A stretch of DNA of 64,000 nucleotides from Octopus bimaculoides (taxonomy: Eukaryota). Below are positions 24,147 to 38,135 of the stretch, in pieces. The stretch spans positions 51,686,981 through 51,750,980 of the forward strand of contig NC_068998.1 in the NCBI RefSeq assembly GCF_001194135.2, read 5' to 3'. Position 1 is the first letter of the stretch, and every line of letters begins with the position of its first letter. A program made the position numbers and the translations under genes. The notes below the pieces were generated by a model, which searched no databases, was not told the DNA's origin, and worked only from the letters and a program-made list of their open reading frames with translations.

Positions 24147-24739
24147 ATTGAAAATTCCTGTGAAAAATGACCGTTGAACAAAAGGAAATTACTGTGTAGT
24201 GACCACCATTAAGACAAAAGATCTAATATACCGCTAAGTAAGGTAAAGGTATGGCAGTAGAGAAGTCTATAGGTTCATGTAAGCGCACCCATCCGTACAT
24301 TCACCTATATTTATATACTAAAACTACAATCGCTTTAAACACACACATGCTCACCCACATACTCACCAAAGACTATACATATATGTACGTATGCATATAT
24401 ATACACGCATACACACCCACGCTCACACACACACACAACAACCCTGCACCCATACACACGCATGCAAAAAAAAATTTTTTATAGGGCTACAAGCAAGAAA
24501 CAGTGTGGGAAAGCTATAAGGTTAAAACGTGTCTAAACTGCACATATTTTCGCATGCACACGCATATATCTATATACACACATACCTGCACACACTCACA
24601 AGCGTGCACATAAGGTTCCATGTACATGTCTATAGATGCACAGGAAAAAAACAGGGTGAAGGGGAGAAAACAGAAATATATGTGTGGAAAAAATACAAAA
24701 CATTATCTATAATTATGTAAAAAAAATAAAGAAATATAA

Positions 24740-24951
24740 AAAAATATATAAAAAATATAAAATCCAAGTAAAAAGTATAGAAGGGTAAAAAGCTTATACA
24801 TAGACACAATATAGAAAGCAAATTCTATCAGTACAGTCCTATCAGCAAGTCCTATCAGTAAAAATATTTAAAAAATATATAAGAAATCTAAGTAAGAAGT
24901 ATAGAGAGATAAAAAGCTTATACCGAGACACAAAATAGAAAGCAAGTCCTA
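24740..24951 (+). repeat. Imperfect tandem duplication of a ~90-bp unit
   Basis: AAATCYAAGTAARAAGTATAG..AAAAAGCTTATAC..GACACAAWATAGAAAGCAA occurs twice. Confidence 0.7.
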
Positions 24952-26959
24952 CATGATCCGAAAAGTTAGTCTTTAAATTTAGACATGTGGTGGGGTCTAA
25001 GCTGCCTGTGCTATCAAAAGTGTTAAGTACACCTATAATCAGTAACATTTGAGTTTGACCCACCTGTCTGTTCTGTCAGACTGAGTCTCTGAGAATAACT
25101 TATTGAATATGTCTTTTTGTTTTTTGTTCTTTTAACATAGTAGCTTGTTATATGAAGAATTTGGTTACTATTTATAGAATTAGCACCAAACTAGAAATTT
25201 TGGGGGGACAGATACAATCAATGTATTTGATCAAAACACCTGACTGATATTATTTCATCAACCCTAAAGACGATATGCTAAGTCATTCTCAGTTTGATTT
25301 GAACTTTGGGCAGAAAAGAGTGAAAGAAACTACCATAAGGAATTTAGTTGATTTTTCTGCTGCTTCTGCCAAAAGTGATAATGCAGGAACTTCTGACTGA
25401 ATAGTAGAGTACAATTCTATAACTATTCAATCTTTTACATTAGAATGGAACAGTAAATTTCTACCTCTAGGTGAAGCCTTCAAATAGTATATTATTCATA
25501 TAAGTTCCATTTAATGTTTCTTACTAAACAGCTTTTATCCTATTGTCTAATAATGTCTCTTTGAATATAACTCTATTTTTAGTCCTATATAAGAACTTAA
25601 TTTTCCTGTTATATTATGTTATTCAGCCAGTCAGTCAGTTAGTCTATGTGGCTAGAATTCGAAGAAAGAAAAAAAAAAAAGAATTTTCACTCCATTGTTT
25701 CCTCTGCCTCAACCATTCTTACGAAACGGTTTGTTCACCTTTCTCTCAGTAACTGAGTCTTGGTCCTTGTGTGAATGGTATGCAAAGCATGGACTTAATA
25801 GTCATTGTACTGTAGTTATTGACTCGGTATATTATCTAAAGTTTTCTATCATTTAGGCACAGCTCACATATTGCATTATATTTTGATTTGTTCAGTCATT
25901 GTACATCCATCTTGAATCCAGTGTTGTTATATCTGTTGAACCCTAGGTCAACCTATTCAAGCTTACCTGTGATCAAAGGCATTCTGGTCATAACCCTCCT
26001 GGATTTCTTGGGATTATCTTATCTAACATATTCCTTGTTATTTTACTTTTAAGAAGATAAATGATGTGCAGTGATGAAAATCTAGATGCAGGTTTAGAGG
26101 CTACGTAGAGGTCCCTTTCTTGGTTTAGCATGTCTTTTATAACTGGTAGTGAAGGGAGTCATTTGCTTCACCATTTTTCTTTTTTATTTTCCAAGCTTCG
26201 TCCCCTTACAGTTACATCACTAAAACAATCATTGTGTCTAACAGTTTTAACTCAGACTTCTAATGTTGTTAATTTTTATTTTAACATTGAAGCGGTTGGA
26301 ATTAGGAAGGACATCCAGCCACAGGAACCATGCCAAATCAGATTGGAACCTGGTGCAGCCATCCAGCTTAACAATTTCAGTCAAACCACCCAACCCATGC
26401 CAGCATGGAAAGCAAGCACTAAATATTAATGATAATGATTATACTTGTTGCCTATATATTTAACTAATACCTGTACAGGAGATCAGTTTTAACTACCATG
26501 AACTCCAATTACATGAAAATTTACATTATCTGAAGGCTCTGCATAACTGTGAATGAGATATCATTATACTTTTGATTGATAGAAATGGTTCTCCATTATT
26601 CTTAAGAAATGCTGTTGCTAAGATGTTCCACTAGTTTTGTATGACCATTAGGTTGTCATTGATGCTTTGTAGGTTGTTGCTTTGCCCCAGCTCTGTTCTG
26701 GTGGGTCGAGGGAAATTTGGTTGTTATATTTAGCAGGTCAAGTGACTATTTAACGAGACCGTTCTTGCATGTACTTCATAGTTTGAAGAAATAAAATCTC
26801 TTGCTAAAATTTACAAATGTCACTGTTAAGGTTAATTGTTTTTGATAACCTTCAGTGCTTTTCCTCTCAGAAAGAAAATCTCTTCTTCACATTCTCTACA
26901 TTTTCTGAAGGGTCACATTTGTCTTGACTGTGGTTGGATGCAATTAAGAAGTTGACATA

Positions 26960-27200
26960 AATGATTTGATTTTTTTTTTTTTTTTTTACTGGTATGATAA
27001 TATTTTCTCTTCACTGGCTTGGATCTGTGCTATTGTCAAGGACTTTGTTAAGGACTTCAAATAGGTTCTCTACAACTGGGTTTTTTCGATATAGAATATT
27101 TACTACAGTAACTATGTCTTGTTCTAATGTTTTTTCCATGTTTATGGCTTTGATAGATTTTCTAACCAAAGTTATTTTACTCCTTAAAAGCAACTGTTAA
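26960..27200 (-). pseudogene. Possible LINE RT fragment
   Basis: Minus frame ..LNKVLDNSTDPSQ*RENIIIPVKK resembles the LINE pre-RT motif PxxWxxxxIIPIxKK. Confidence 0.35.
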
Positions 27201-28203
27201 AAACAAAACTACCCCCTTTTTTTTTTTACTTTTATTGTGTACTCAGATGAGAAAGAATGCTACCTTTGGGCCTTTTCAGAGTCTCTGAGACTGATGGGAT
27301 CGCAAGAGGAAGTTACCTTTAAATTTGAAACTTGGCCCAAATTCTTGCAAGTGGATTCAACTAAAATGACCCCAAAGGTTCAGTAGCAATGTTAAACCAG
27401 GCAACAGATTACACCTGTAACCCAAGAACACGAGTAGTTCCTCTAACAGGCTTCTTACACAATTTGCATTTATAAAATGCCGTCCTCAAGGCTAAATAAG
27501 GAGACAGCATTCAACTAAGCGTCCCTGAAGTATTAAACTTACTCTTTTACAAAATACTTGTGTATTTTTGGATATATTCATACCATGTATGTGATTGTAT
27601 TACGTATGATATCTTGTGATCTTATAATGCATTTATAAGACATGATATTTTAGGAAAAGATATACTTGTTAAGATGATTTGTGATAGATTTTGGTGGACT
27701 GGAAAGTTTAAAATTTTCATAGTTCTGAGACAAATTCTGAAGAGTCAGGTGGAATGAGACTTGTAGGTTTAAGATTCATAAACAAAAACACAATTAAATA
27801 ACTGCAACAGGTATGAGCTGATAGATTTATATGTTCCCCACTCAAGTAAAAAAAAAAAAAAGATATCTGAGGAAATTGATGATAATGGTATCATCATATT
27901 GTTTAACGTTCACTTTCACTGCTTGCATGGTTTGAATGTTTTGACAGGATCTAGTGAGCTGCAAGGCCACATTAAGCTCCAATATCATGGTTTCTGTGGC
28001 TGGATACCCTATGTAATGCCAACCACTTTACAGAGCATTTTTTTTATTCTTGTGCTGCTGGTTGTAAAATTGCTGAGTAATGTGCAAGGCAGACAATGGA
28101 AAGTTGGATGTGGGTACAAAAGGAAGTGGCTCCTACTTTTAAGTAGGGAGTATTTGAATTGTGTATAATGGTCAAAATTATACAGTGAGGTTCTTGGGGG
28201 GGG

Positions 28204-28667
28204 NNNNNNNNNNNNNNNNNNNNNNNNNNNNNNNNNNNNNNNNNNNNNNNNNNNNNNNNNNNNNNNNNNNNNNNNNNNNNNNNNNNNNNNNNNNNNNNNN
28301 NNNNNNNNNNNNNNNNNNNNNNNNNNNNNNNNNNNNNNNNNNNNNNNNNNNNNNNNNNNNNNNNNNNNNNNNNNNNNNNNNNNNNNNNNNNNNNNNNNNN
28401 NNNNNNNNNNNNNNNNNNNNNNNNNNNNNNNNNNNNNNNNNNNNNNNNNNNNNNNNNNNNNNNNNNNNNNNNNNNNNNNNNNNNNNNNNNNNNNNNNNNN
28501 NNNNNNNNNNNNNNNNNNNNNNNNNNNNNNNNNNNNNNNNNNNNNNNNNNNNNNNNNNNNNNNNNNNNNNNNNNNNNNNNNNNNNNNNNNNNNNNNNNNN
28601 NNNNNNNNNNNNNNNNNNNNNNNNNNNNNNNNNNNNNNNNNNNNNNNNNNNNNNNNNNNNNNNNNNN
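28204..28667. other. Assembly gap
   Basis: Run of N between a G-run and (TA)n. Confidence 1.
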
Positions 28668-28929
28668 ATATATATATATATATAATCTCATCATGAGTAT
28701 AAAACACCCTATTTTTAGAGCTGTATAACTGAAAGCAACACTTAATGTTCTTTTTTTTGTTTTTCTTTTTCAGAGTTATATTACATCTTTCAATGTCTTT
28801 GTAAATAAATCCTAAATGAGCATTGTACAAAAATGCTGATTGCATTTAACATCCATTAATTTTCAACCTAATTGTGTACGTGTAAATATATACACACATA
28901 CATGCATGCATGCATGCATGTATGCAATA

Positions 28930-29068
28930 TTCTATGATATTATTGAGTACTCTGGAGAACATACTTTCTCTTTCTCTTCTCTTTTCAGTCTCTCACTCTC
29001 CCTCTCTCTCCCTCTTCTGGTTTTCTTTGTCCTTTCCCACTCTGTCACTTTCCTCTCTTTCCCTCTCT

Positions 29069-29114
<46 letters not shown>

Positions 29115-29852
29115 CACTAATCTGACTGATATTATTGAACACCAGGGAGAACATACTTTCATTTCCTTCCTCGCTCACCCTTTCTACATCTCTCTCTCAC
29201 TCTCTCCCCCTCTTTTATTATGATCCCCCTTGACACTTTCTTTCACTAACGCATGTGTGCACTCAAGCACTTGCACACATGCATGTACACACTTTATTTG
29301 TCCATGATATTGAACACGCGGTAACATGTATTTTGTCTCTTTCACTTCCCCCTTTTCTCTCTCTGACTCATTCTTTCCTCTTCTTTCTCCCTCCTCCCTC
29401 TCTCTCTCTATTATGCATATATTCACACAACACATACATGCACACATATGTATCTATATATGCATACTTGCAGGTACAATCATAAGCATATGCACACATG
29501 TAAATACGCATATGAGCATGAATGCAAACACATACATCACATAAACATACATACACACAACATGCAAATACATGCACACATTGTAAACACACACACACAC
29601 GCACACTCACTGATTTCTGTGATGTTATTGAACTCTACCAAGAACAAACTTTCTGTCTTTCTTCTCCTCTTCCCTCTTCTCTTTGTTTCTCTTTCTACTC
29701 ACCATTTTGTTTTCTCATGGCATTTTCTTTCTGTTTCATTTACGCATGTACACACACACACACACAGACTAATCTATCCATGTTATAATTGAACATGGAG
29801 AACATTTTTTTTTCTTTCTTTCCTCTCTCTCTTTCTACCTCTTTCTGCCTGT

Positions 29853-29889
<37 letters not shown>

Positions 29890-29900
29890 CCCCCTCTACC
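28930..29900 (+). repeat. Complex tandem repeat: five units of core + CT tract + (CA)n
   Basis: Core TGATATTATTGAAC..GAGAACATACTTT at about 28935, 29127, 29305, 29620 and 29781. Confidence 0.75.
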
Positions 29901-29986
29901 TTCTCATACACATGCTGTGTACATTTGTTTTACTTTACAAAACACATTGTTTGTTGTATGAAACCCCTTTTTAAATGAAAAATCTA

Positions 29987-30123
29987 NNNNNNNNNNNNNN
30001 NNNNNNNNNNNNNNNNNNNNNNNNNNNNNNNNNNNNNNNNNNNNNNNNNNNNNNNNNNNNNNNNNNNNNNNNNNNNNNNNNNNNNNNNNNNNNNNNNNNN
30101 NNNNNNNNNNNNNNNNNNNNNNN
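29987..30123. other. Assembly gap
   Basis: Run of N. Confidence 1.
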
Positions 30124-32049
30124 GACCCGCCACCACCACGTTTTGTTTTCTTTTTCATTACATTATTTCCTTTTTAATGAAACGATCAAATTCAATCAAA
30201 TTATTTTCTCTTTGGGCACTCTACAGCAAACAGGAACTTTTCCTATTAGCTCATTCTATATACTTCAGCATGATTTAATTTCATTATTATTTAGCACTTG
30301 ATTGGCCCTAATTGAGTAGACCTCAGGTCATTGACACTCCATCCATGACCATCCTGTCTTTTATCCCTATAAGTGAATTTCTAAGACTACATTTACCCCC
30401 CATGTTGTCATTTTCTTTATTTTAAAGAGCAGCTACATCTTCTTCAAACATCGTCTCTGTTTAAGAGTCCACTTACTTATGCTTGCATAGGTTGGATTGG
30501 GGTTTATTATCTACAGTCAGATGCTCTTCCTGTCACCAACCCTTCCCTGTTTCCTAGTTACGTGATATTTCCCCTTGGCCAGATGTGTTTCCATGGAAGA
30601 CTGGAAATGAACAACCACGCTTGTATAACAGTGACACCCATTTACAACTATCTCACAATGTGAAGACAAGAGAGACAAACACACACACTCACACACACCT
30701 ACACACACACACATGACAGGCTTCTTTCAGTTTCCTTCTACCAGTTCCACTCATAAGGCATTGTTTGATCCAGGGTTATGCTAGAAGACACATGCTTAAA
30801 ATGATGTGCAGTGGGATTGAACCTGAAACCAGAAGCATGGCTATGTGGCCATTAATCATCTTTAAAAAAACAAAAAACTGATTTATAAATTATTTGGCTG
30901 CTATTTTTAGCTGGTTATGTGACATAGCAGAGGCTCCATTATCCAGTGTGGAAACTCAGTGTGGAGACTCAGTTATTCAATGTGGAAAAAATTTTAAATG
31001 CTGCAGTGTTAAGCTTTATTTTGCATGAATAATATATTTGATTACCACAAGGAATGGGAATTCTATGCAGGAAACTTTTTACACTTTCCACTCTTCATGC
31101 CCATCAAGCTTATTGACATTCTACAAACTCTCTTTTTGGATTATTGTTGCCAACACAAACCCTTTTCACAGATTCAGGACTTTTATCCTTTTTTTTTGTA
31201 TTTTTTTCAAATTTGTTTTAGCCTCCATTCATCTCTTCTCTTATTTTGAGTCTCACAGGAAAATAAACATAAGAGAAAATATGCTGGTGAGAGACAGGGA
31301 TGATATCCAGTAAAAATTCATTAGCAAAAGTGCTGTTTCATTTTACTTTCTATAGAAAACAGGTTTCAATGATATGCTTAATCAGAAAACAAAACAAAAC
31401 TCTACTCACTCAGCAGCCGTCCCATCAGTTAAATATGTGTGTCAACTTAACTGTCTGAAGATAAATAAGTATCAATGGATATATTGATTGATTGAGATGA
31501 GATGATGATAACAATTTATTTACTTTTTTTTCCTGAGTGTCCTGTATAACTAGCTATCAAGAATAAATAATACATTAGTCTTTGATAATCTTTCACGAAT
31601 ACAAAAGAAAATATTTTGGCACACACATCACTTTGAACTAAAGGGCACTCAGGTAGAATGCATTTTTCTTTCAAAGGCAACATAGCATTAAAACCTTTAG
31701 CTTCACACACCTTTAAGTCTATATACTTTTTAAGGTTACTTGGCATAACTGACCTCTCATGTCAGGACAATATTTTACTTACAGCCTGACAGAGAAACAA
31801 ATGAAATAAAAAATTAGACAAACATGGTTAAAAGCATAACCTCTTTGTCGAAAGTAATAATTTTGCAAAATGTGTTGTTAAAATGTATCTCATAAAAGTT
31901 GCAATTTCAAGCACTTGACTGTCTTGTTTTGCATGGATTTTCCTTGGCAAATTTTGTTACCAATTCAATCAAGTCAAGTGTTAATAATGTCTGAGCATGT
32001 TCAATTGATATATCACCAAGCCAACTGATCTCTTATGCATCATTGTTAA

Positions 32050-32266
32050 CCCTTTTGAGACGCAGTGTTTTTGTGTGTGTAGCCAAAAAGAGCAAACCTT
32101 TTTTTATATTGAAGTACGTATACTGAAAGGTGATCTCGGATTAGTCAATACACTTCAAAACCAACCATTCATTCACAACATTTGTTCTATTGGGCCAATG
32201 GATCAGCCTCAAAATCCTTTCAGCTTGTATCACCACTAATCAATCGGCCTGGGTGTCTCAATGGGG
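32050..32266. mobile_element. TTAA-flanked MITE (piggyBac-like ends)
   Basis: TTAA|CCCTTTTGAGACGC ... GTGTCTCAATGGGG|TTAA; TTAA at 32046-32049 and 32267-32270. Confidence 0.7.
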
Positions 32267-32821
32267 TTAATTATATATAAGTTTTGAGCATCAGGTGATG
32301 TGAGGGGAGTCCTTAGAATACATTATCAAGAATATTTTCATAGTATGAAAGAAAGTACTCTTTGTAGTGACATAGATTTTGGAAGTCAACAATCTAGTGC
32401 TATATGTTCACAGTATAAATACGTCTGCACTTTTGTGTCTATTATTCTTCACTTTTTCGAGACTCTTATGACTCTAAAGTACATCATTAGCATATTACTC
32501 ATTTAGTCTGTATGTATCATGTATGAAGCCAAATAAGAAATCATATTGTACTGTTGGAACCTCTCTTCAACAGATTATGGCCATGTCTGAAACAGCAGGG
32601 TAAAAAACTTGTTTGAATTTCTATTTTGGATTTTGCAGTATCTTTTCTTGGATTTCATCCCCAAGCTGTGGTTTCTTTCTCTTATTTATAACTTGTTTTT
32701 TCTCTCTCTAAGCTTTGTAGTATCTTTAGTTCCTTGCAATATCAGTAGCCTCTACGAAAACTTCTTAAAAAACTCTGATTTGTTTATCAGGTAACTGTTA
32801 GTCATTTAAAGAATAAAGATA

Positions 32822-33052
32822 AAGGTCCTTCGTGAATCAAATAGATTCATAGGGCTGGTTCCCCAGATCTTCTTGCATATATTCTTCCCCCTGGATGAGA
32901 GGCTAACTCACTGCAGGAATATTCACTTTTGCCTGCTGAATGGACTGGAGCAGCATGAAATGAAGTGTTTTGCTCAAAAACTCATGCATCACCTGGTCCA
33001 GGAATCAAAGATCACAGTCTTACACCCTAACCACTAAGCCACATGCCCCACA
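32822..33052 (-). mobile_element. Family C SINE
   Basis: GACTGGAGCAGCATGAAATGAAGTGTTTTGCTCAA..CCCTAACCACTAAGCCAC. Confidence 0.65.
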
Positions 33053-33239
33053 TTTTTTTCCATCAACATATACCATTGCTGAATTATAGTGCAAGTGGCT
33101 GAGTATTCCACATACAATTGTACCATTAAAATAATACTTTGATTGACTTAGCATGAAAGTCTGAATATATGTACAGTCTTAATGATGGACTTTCATACAG
33201 TGTTCTTCAATGCAATTTTGAGCAAAATCATTACCATGC

Positions 33240-33405
33240 TGAAAAAAAAATGCTTACTTAGCCACCAGGTTTGACTTTTCCCTTTCATCCTCTCAGGGCT
33301 GATAAAATAAGTACCAGTTGAACATTAAGGTCAATATAACTGACTCACCCCGCTCTCCTGAAATTGCTGGGCTTGTGCCAAAATTGGAAACCAATATTTC
33401 ATTTG
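33240..33405 (+). mobile_element. Family D SINE with a deleted head
   Basis: TTTGACTTTTCCCTTTCATCC..GATAAAATAAGTACCAGTTG..CTTGTGCCAAAATTGGAAACC. Confidence 0.65.
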
Positions 33406-36129
33406 ATCCGAATCTATCACACAAATCATGAAAGCCACAGTGGAAATCGAACCTGGCAGCTTAATATTGCAAAGCAAACTTTATAATTATATGGTCATGC
33501 CAGCAACGTGGGGTTACAATGCAGCATATTTCAGCCAGACAGTTTGGTAGTTAATTGTGTCAAAGTTTGAAAATATTGCCATTAATTTTTCAGAAATATT
33601 ACTTTGCTGACATGATGCTGTTCTTGCTAGACATCTTTAATTCTGTCTATTATTTTCACACCATTTAAAATTTATCACCAGTTTACATCAAATCTGTTCT
33701 ATGAGACAACAAGGAAGTCTCTACATCATCAATCAACCTGCTTGAAATAAATAGCAGCCAAATTTTCCTTAAATCTCACTTCACCTTTTAAAAAATGGAT
33801 GAGTTTCACAATTGGAATGCTTTTGATCATTGTCTGCTTGATCATGGCTGACCCTGGGTTAAACAGTAGCAGCAGTAGCAACAACAATCCAATTGGTTTT
33901 CTATTGTATTGTACTCATTCTCTTTTCACTCTCTTCACATTACAAATCCCTGCAAACAAAAGCAGTTGTCAGTCATCAGATACACACATCACTTAATGCA
34001 TTTGATCCTCTGTCTCTTATATCACAATTCATGTTGCAGTACTTCTTTGCAGCAAGTTAACATTACACATCAGACAGAACATAACTAAACGCATTCCTCA
34101 CCAATTCATGCAGGTCCTTGGCACTAATTTACACATGTTCTCTTACGTATGCCATCACACTTTTTACAGTCATTTTATTATTTTTTTTTATGGAAGCAAA
34201 AAACCTATTTGCCAACAGCAGTAACTGTCTTCTAGACTTCCCTGCATTCTTTTTAAACAACATTGGCTCCAGCATTCATTATTTCACCCAAATATGAGAA
34301 CTGCCGCCAAACAAACCAATAGAAGTGCCTTTATATTAGCTAGAAATGATTAGCTAGAAACAGCAACCAAATATCCTTCAAATTATACCTACCCTCTTGA
34401 AAAAAGAAACAAAGAAGCACACATTAAACACTAATCTTAGTGAATAAATCCAAAAGGAAAACTAGTTAGCCATGTTTGGAAGGCCCTTGATCCTAGGGCT
34501 TTTTAGCTAAGACTAAACAGCAAGAAACTTGTAATTTTAAAAAGCTGGCTTAGCATTTATATCTTGCTGCCGATGAATATTTATGCTATTAAAGCTTACT
34601 GAAAGACGTCTGGTGTATCCCAAGTCCTTATTTCCAGTCTATCTGAGATCTTACTGCACCATTAGAGCATTCATTGTCACCACTGAATACACCACTAAAT
34701 AGCATTTCTGAATTATTTATTCTCAAAACAATTATATATTCCTATGTCAATAAATGTACAACATTATATATTTACTTGGTGATTCATTCAATTCTACCTT
34801 AGTATGAGAACACTGGGTTTATTATTTTTTTTTTTTTGTTGCTTTGTTTTGTTTGTTATGAGGAGTTCAGAATAAGGTTTAAATCTATCTAGAATTGTCT
34901 TTCATAATTACCCAGAAAATTGAAAATATAATTTAGTAATTGACTAATAAAATATTTTCCACATCGCATATTTATCTATTTTTTTTTATTTCTGGTTAGC
35001 TTTTTAATGCTCGGTGCATTAAAAATGTTAATGCTATTTTTTCATTTACCTGCCTGGAAAATAAGGAAATAACATGCGTTTCCTCCACTTGTTTATTTTT
35101 AGTTAGTTTTCTAATATCTGATGATGATGATGATATGTTAAATATGTTAACACTAACTTATATATTGTTTTCTCTTTTAATTGTATATAAACACTGTCTC
35201 TGAATAATTCATTCTTTGGTAAAATCTATTATTACTATAACTAGTTCTAAAATAAGCATAGCAGCACCTAATTTCACCATAACGAGCTTCCCAATTATAA
35301 CACCACATTCATGTCTGTAATATATTTTTGAAATGGTGAAGCTTAAAATAGGAAGCATTTCATAGTTTTCAGTTTTGACCAGTTCTGAACATATTTTTTT
35401 TTTTTTTTTTGTCATAAACTTAGCATTTCAATAGATACATATGCTCCAAAATTGTCAATAGCATGAAGTATTATGAACACTTTTTACTTTGGTGCTCTCT
35501 ATACTTGTACAAGGCCTCATTATTTCTCATTTCTAACTCCAAATACTCTGAGATTTTATTTATACTGTCAGCACTCTGAATTAACAATCAGCTATTTTTA
35601 TGGAGTTCTTTCATTTTATATATGGCGGATTAGCAAAATCATTAAAGCATCAGAAAAAAAAAAAAAAATGCTTTGCATTATTTGTTAGGACTCTTTGCAT
35701 TCTAGTTTCTAATCGAACCAATATCAACTTGAACTTGAAAGCATTATTGATGGACACATGAATAATGTTGTTGATGTTACCGACAAGTCTAACATATACC
35801 CAACACATGGTACTGTTGATTTAAACCCTAAATTTCAATTTCAATTGTACCAATATTATCATCATTTAATGCCCTCTCTCCCTACTGGCATTGGACATAT
35901 GCTCTGACAGGATCTGGCAAATCAGAAGACTGCACCAAGCTCTACGTTTTGATTTGACTTGGTTTCTATAGCTAGATGTTCTTTCTAAATACCTAGCACT
36001 TTACAGAGTGTACTGGGTGATTTTTACATGGCACAAGCACCAGCAGGGTAACTAAGTAACTTGCAAGACAAACATCCCTCTACTGTGTGTGTGTATAATT
36101 TGCATATTAGTTGCAGTCATTAAACTGTA

Positions 36130-36475
36130 GCTATACTGTGGTATCGCCTGCATGGGTTTTAGTCAAATAAAATGTCCCCGCCACTGCTTACTTCATATTT
36201 GGTATTTATCAGTCGTATTTACAACTATAAATGACTAAGTTTTAATTGAGAGGATATAAAGGGGCACACACACACACACACACACACACACATGCCAACA
36301 TGCATGTGCATGCACACACACACACACACATCCACAAACACACACACATGGTAGTTTTTGCACACTGTTTCTGTCTATCAAATTCCATTCACATGTCATT
36401 GGTCAACCAAAGGCAATATAGGAGAAGACACCTGCCAAAGGGGTTGCACTGTGGAATGTTAACCACATTGCTATG
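36130..36475 (-). mobile_element. Family A SINE, diverged
   Basis: GTCTATCAAATTCCATTCAC..AGAAGACACCTGCCAAAGG with an internal (CA)n. Confidence 0.55.
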
Positions 36476-37220
36476 CCAATGCCAATAAGTACATATATTT
36501 TTGCATTAACTTCTCAGAAAAGCCATCTGTAAAAGCAATAATTGTAAATACAAAAGTAATTTCAGAAAGTTAGGTGTCTCTGAAAATTTAATTATCATAT
36601 AAGACTGTACAAATGAATTTTGCCAACAGGTCCTTTGAGACTAATTGGTTTGCATATTTTATATCTTTACATAAGGTACAAAATTAGATACTTTTTCATG
36701 CTTGTGGAATTAGTTTATAATTGTAACTCAATGCTCAATATCTGAAACCTAGCTATGAGCGATATACGTCCTCTAAGGATAATCATCTGTTCTGTATTTT
36801 CAGATGCTAATTTAAAAGAAAACACTTGGTTAAGAATGTGCAATATCTAATTTATTAATGAATCTGTATTCATTCTGAGTAAAAATAATCATGAAAAAGA
36901 ATTTAATCTGAAATCAATTTTATTCATGCTTTCTTGAAATAAAACAATGAAAATGTATGTCGTCTATAATTCTATTGTTCAAGGGATAATGCTGTCAAAT
37001 ATAAAGTTTTCATCCATGTACAACAGGTAATATGAAAATTTAACATGGAAAAGATAATAAATGTAATTCTTTTCTTTTGAGAACTTTTAAGATATTAATA
37101 AAGGTTCTATTAATATTCATTGTAGTCTGATACAATTTCTTTAGCATATATTTCAGACTGTGAAGTTCATACGAGAAGTATATATGTAATCAAACATGCA
37201 TGTTATAAATATGTACTTAA

Positions 37221-37439
37221 CCCTTTCCTTGCCCGATTTCTGTTGAAATACACAGCATTTGTGTGATTTAATTTTAAAATAAGGCAGAGTTTAGTAAAAT
37301 AACTTGGGTATTTATTAAGCTGGTGTTTGAAACATAAATTGACATGACATTTTGATGGGAGGTTAATTCCAATTGCTTTAAGAAGGAAGCTTATATCATA
37401 GAACCAGAAATGGTCTCTGCTGGGTGGGTATCAAAAAAG
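37221..37439. mobile_element. TTAA-flanked MITE of a second family
   Basis: TTAA|CCCTTTCCTTGCCC ... GGGTATCAAAAAAG|TTAA. Its internal blocks (AGCTGGTGTTTGAAACATAA, ATTTTGATGG, AGTAAAATAACTT) recur elsewhere in the window. Confidence 0.65.
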
Positions 37440-37615
37440 TTAATTAGATTTAAAACTAATCTAATAAAATAAGTGAAATGTTCTGGTATTAATAAAAAAG
37501 ATAATTTATGAACTTATGATGTTCCCTGCATTAAATATTTTAACACATATGTAAGTATTGTTTATCAAATAATTAAAAAAAACTTTTTTCGTTACTCTTT
37601 GGGTGTAGACTAATT

Positions 37616-38135
37616 GCAAGCATGGCTGTGTGGTAAGAAGTTTGCTTCCCAGCCACATGGTTCTGAGTTCTGTATCACTGCATGGTACCTTGGACAGGTG
37701 TCTTCCACTGTGGCCTCAGGCCTACCAAAGCCTTGTAAGAGGATTTCGTAGACAGAAACTGAAAGAAGCCTGTCATGTATTTATGTATGTGTGTATGTGT
37801 CTTCGTGTTTGTCGCCCACCACAACTTGAAAAACATAACTTAGCAGTCAGCAAAAGAGATTGATAGAATAACTAACAGGCTTATAATACACATCATATAC
37901 ATGTGTGTGTCTCTTTGTGTCTTTGTTTATCCCACCAGCATTGCTTGACAACTGGTGTTGGTGTGTTTACTTCCCTATAATCTAGCAATTTGGCAAAAGA
38001 AAACTGGTAGACTAAGTACCAAGTTTAAACAAAAGAATAAGTATTGGAGCCGATTCATTCAACTAAAATTTCTTTAAGGCAGTGCCCTAGTACAGCCACA
38101 GTTTAATGACTGAAACAAGTAGAAGAGATAAAGGA
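37616..38135 (+). mobile_element. Family A SINE with a duplicated internal module
   Basis: Head ATGGCTGTGTGGTAAGAAG, centre CCAAAGCCTTGTAAGAGGATTT..AAACTGAAAGAAGCC, two CTTGA(A/C)AAC..GCAAAAG modules, tail GACTGAAACAAGTAGAAGAG. Confidence 0.75.

Noticed and set aside
27240-27295. CAGATGAGA..GTCTCTGAGAC, possibly a decayed HHR at the start of a repeat-like block (27240-27550)
   Set aside because: Both core segments are mutated; not supportable without a family consensus.
28009-28845. Long ORFs of 174-278 aa (and those at 10505-10873 and 29904-30301)
   Set aside because: They are open only because they cross N-runs.
32300-32506. 68-aa ORF with a plausible composition
   Set aside because: No pyrimidine tract before it, no recognisable homology, and it directly follows a MITE.
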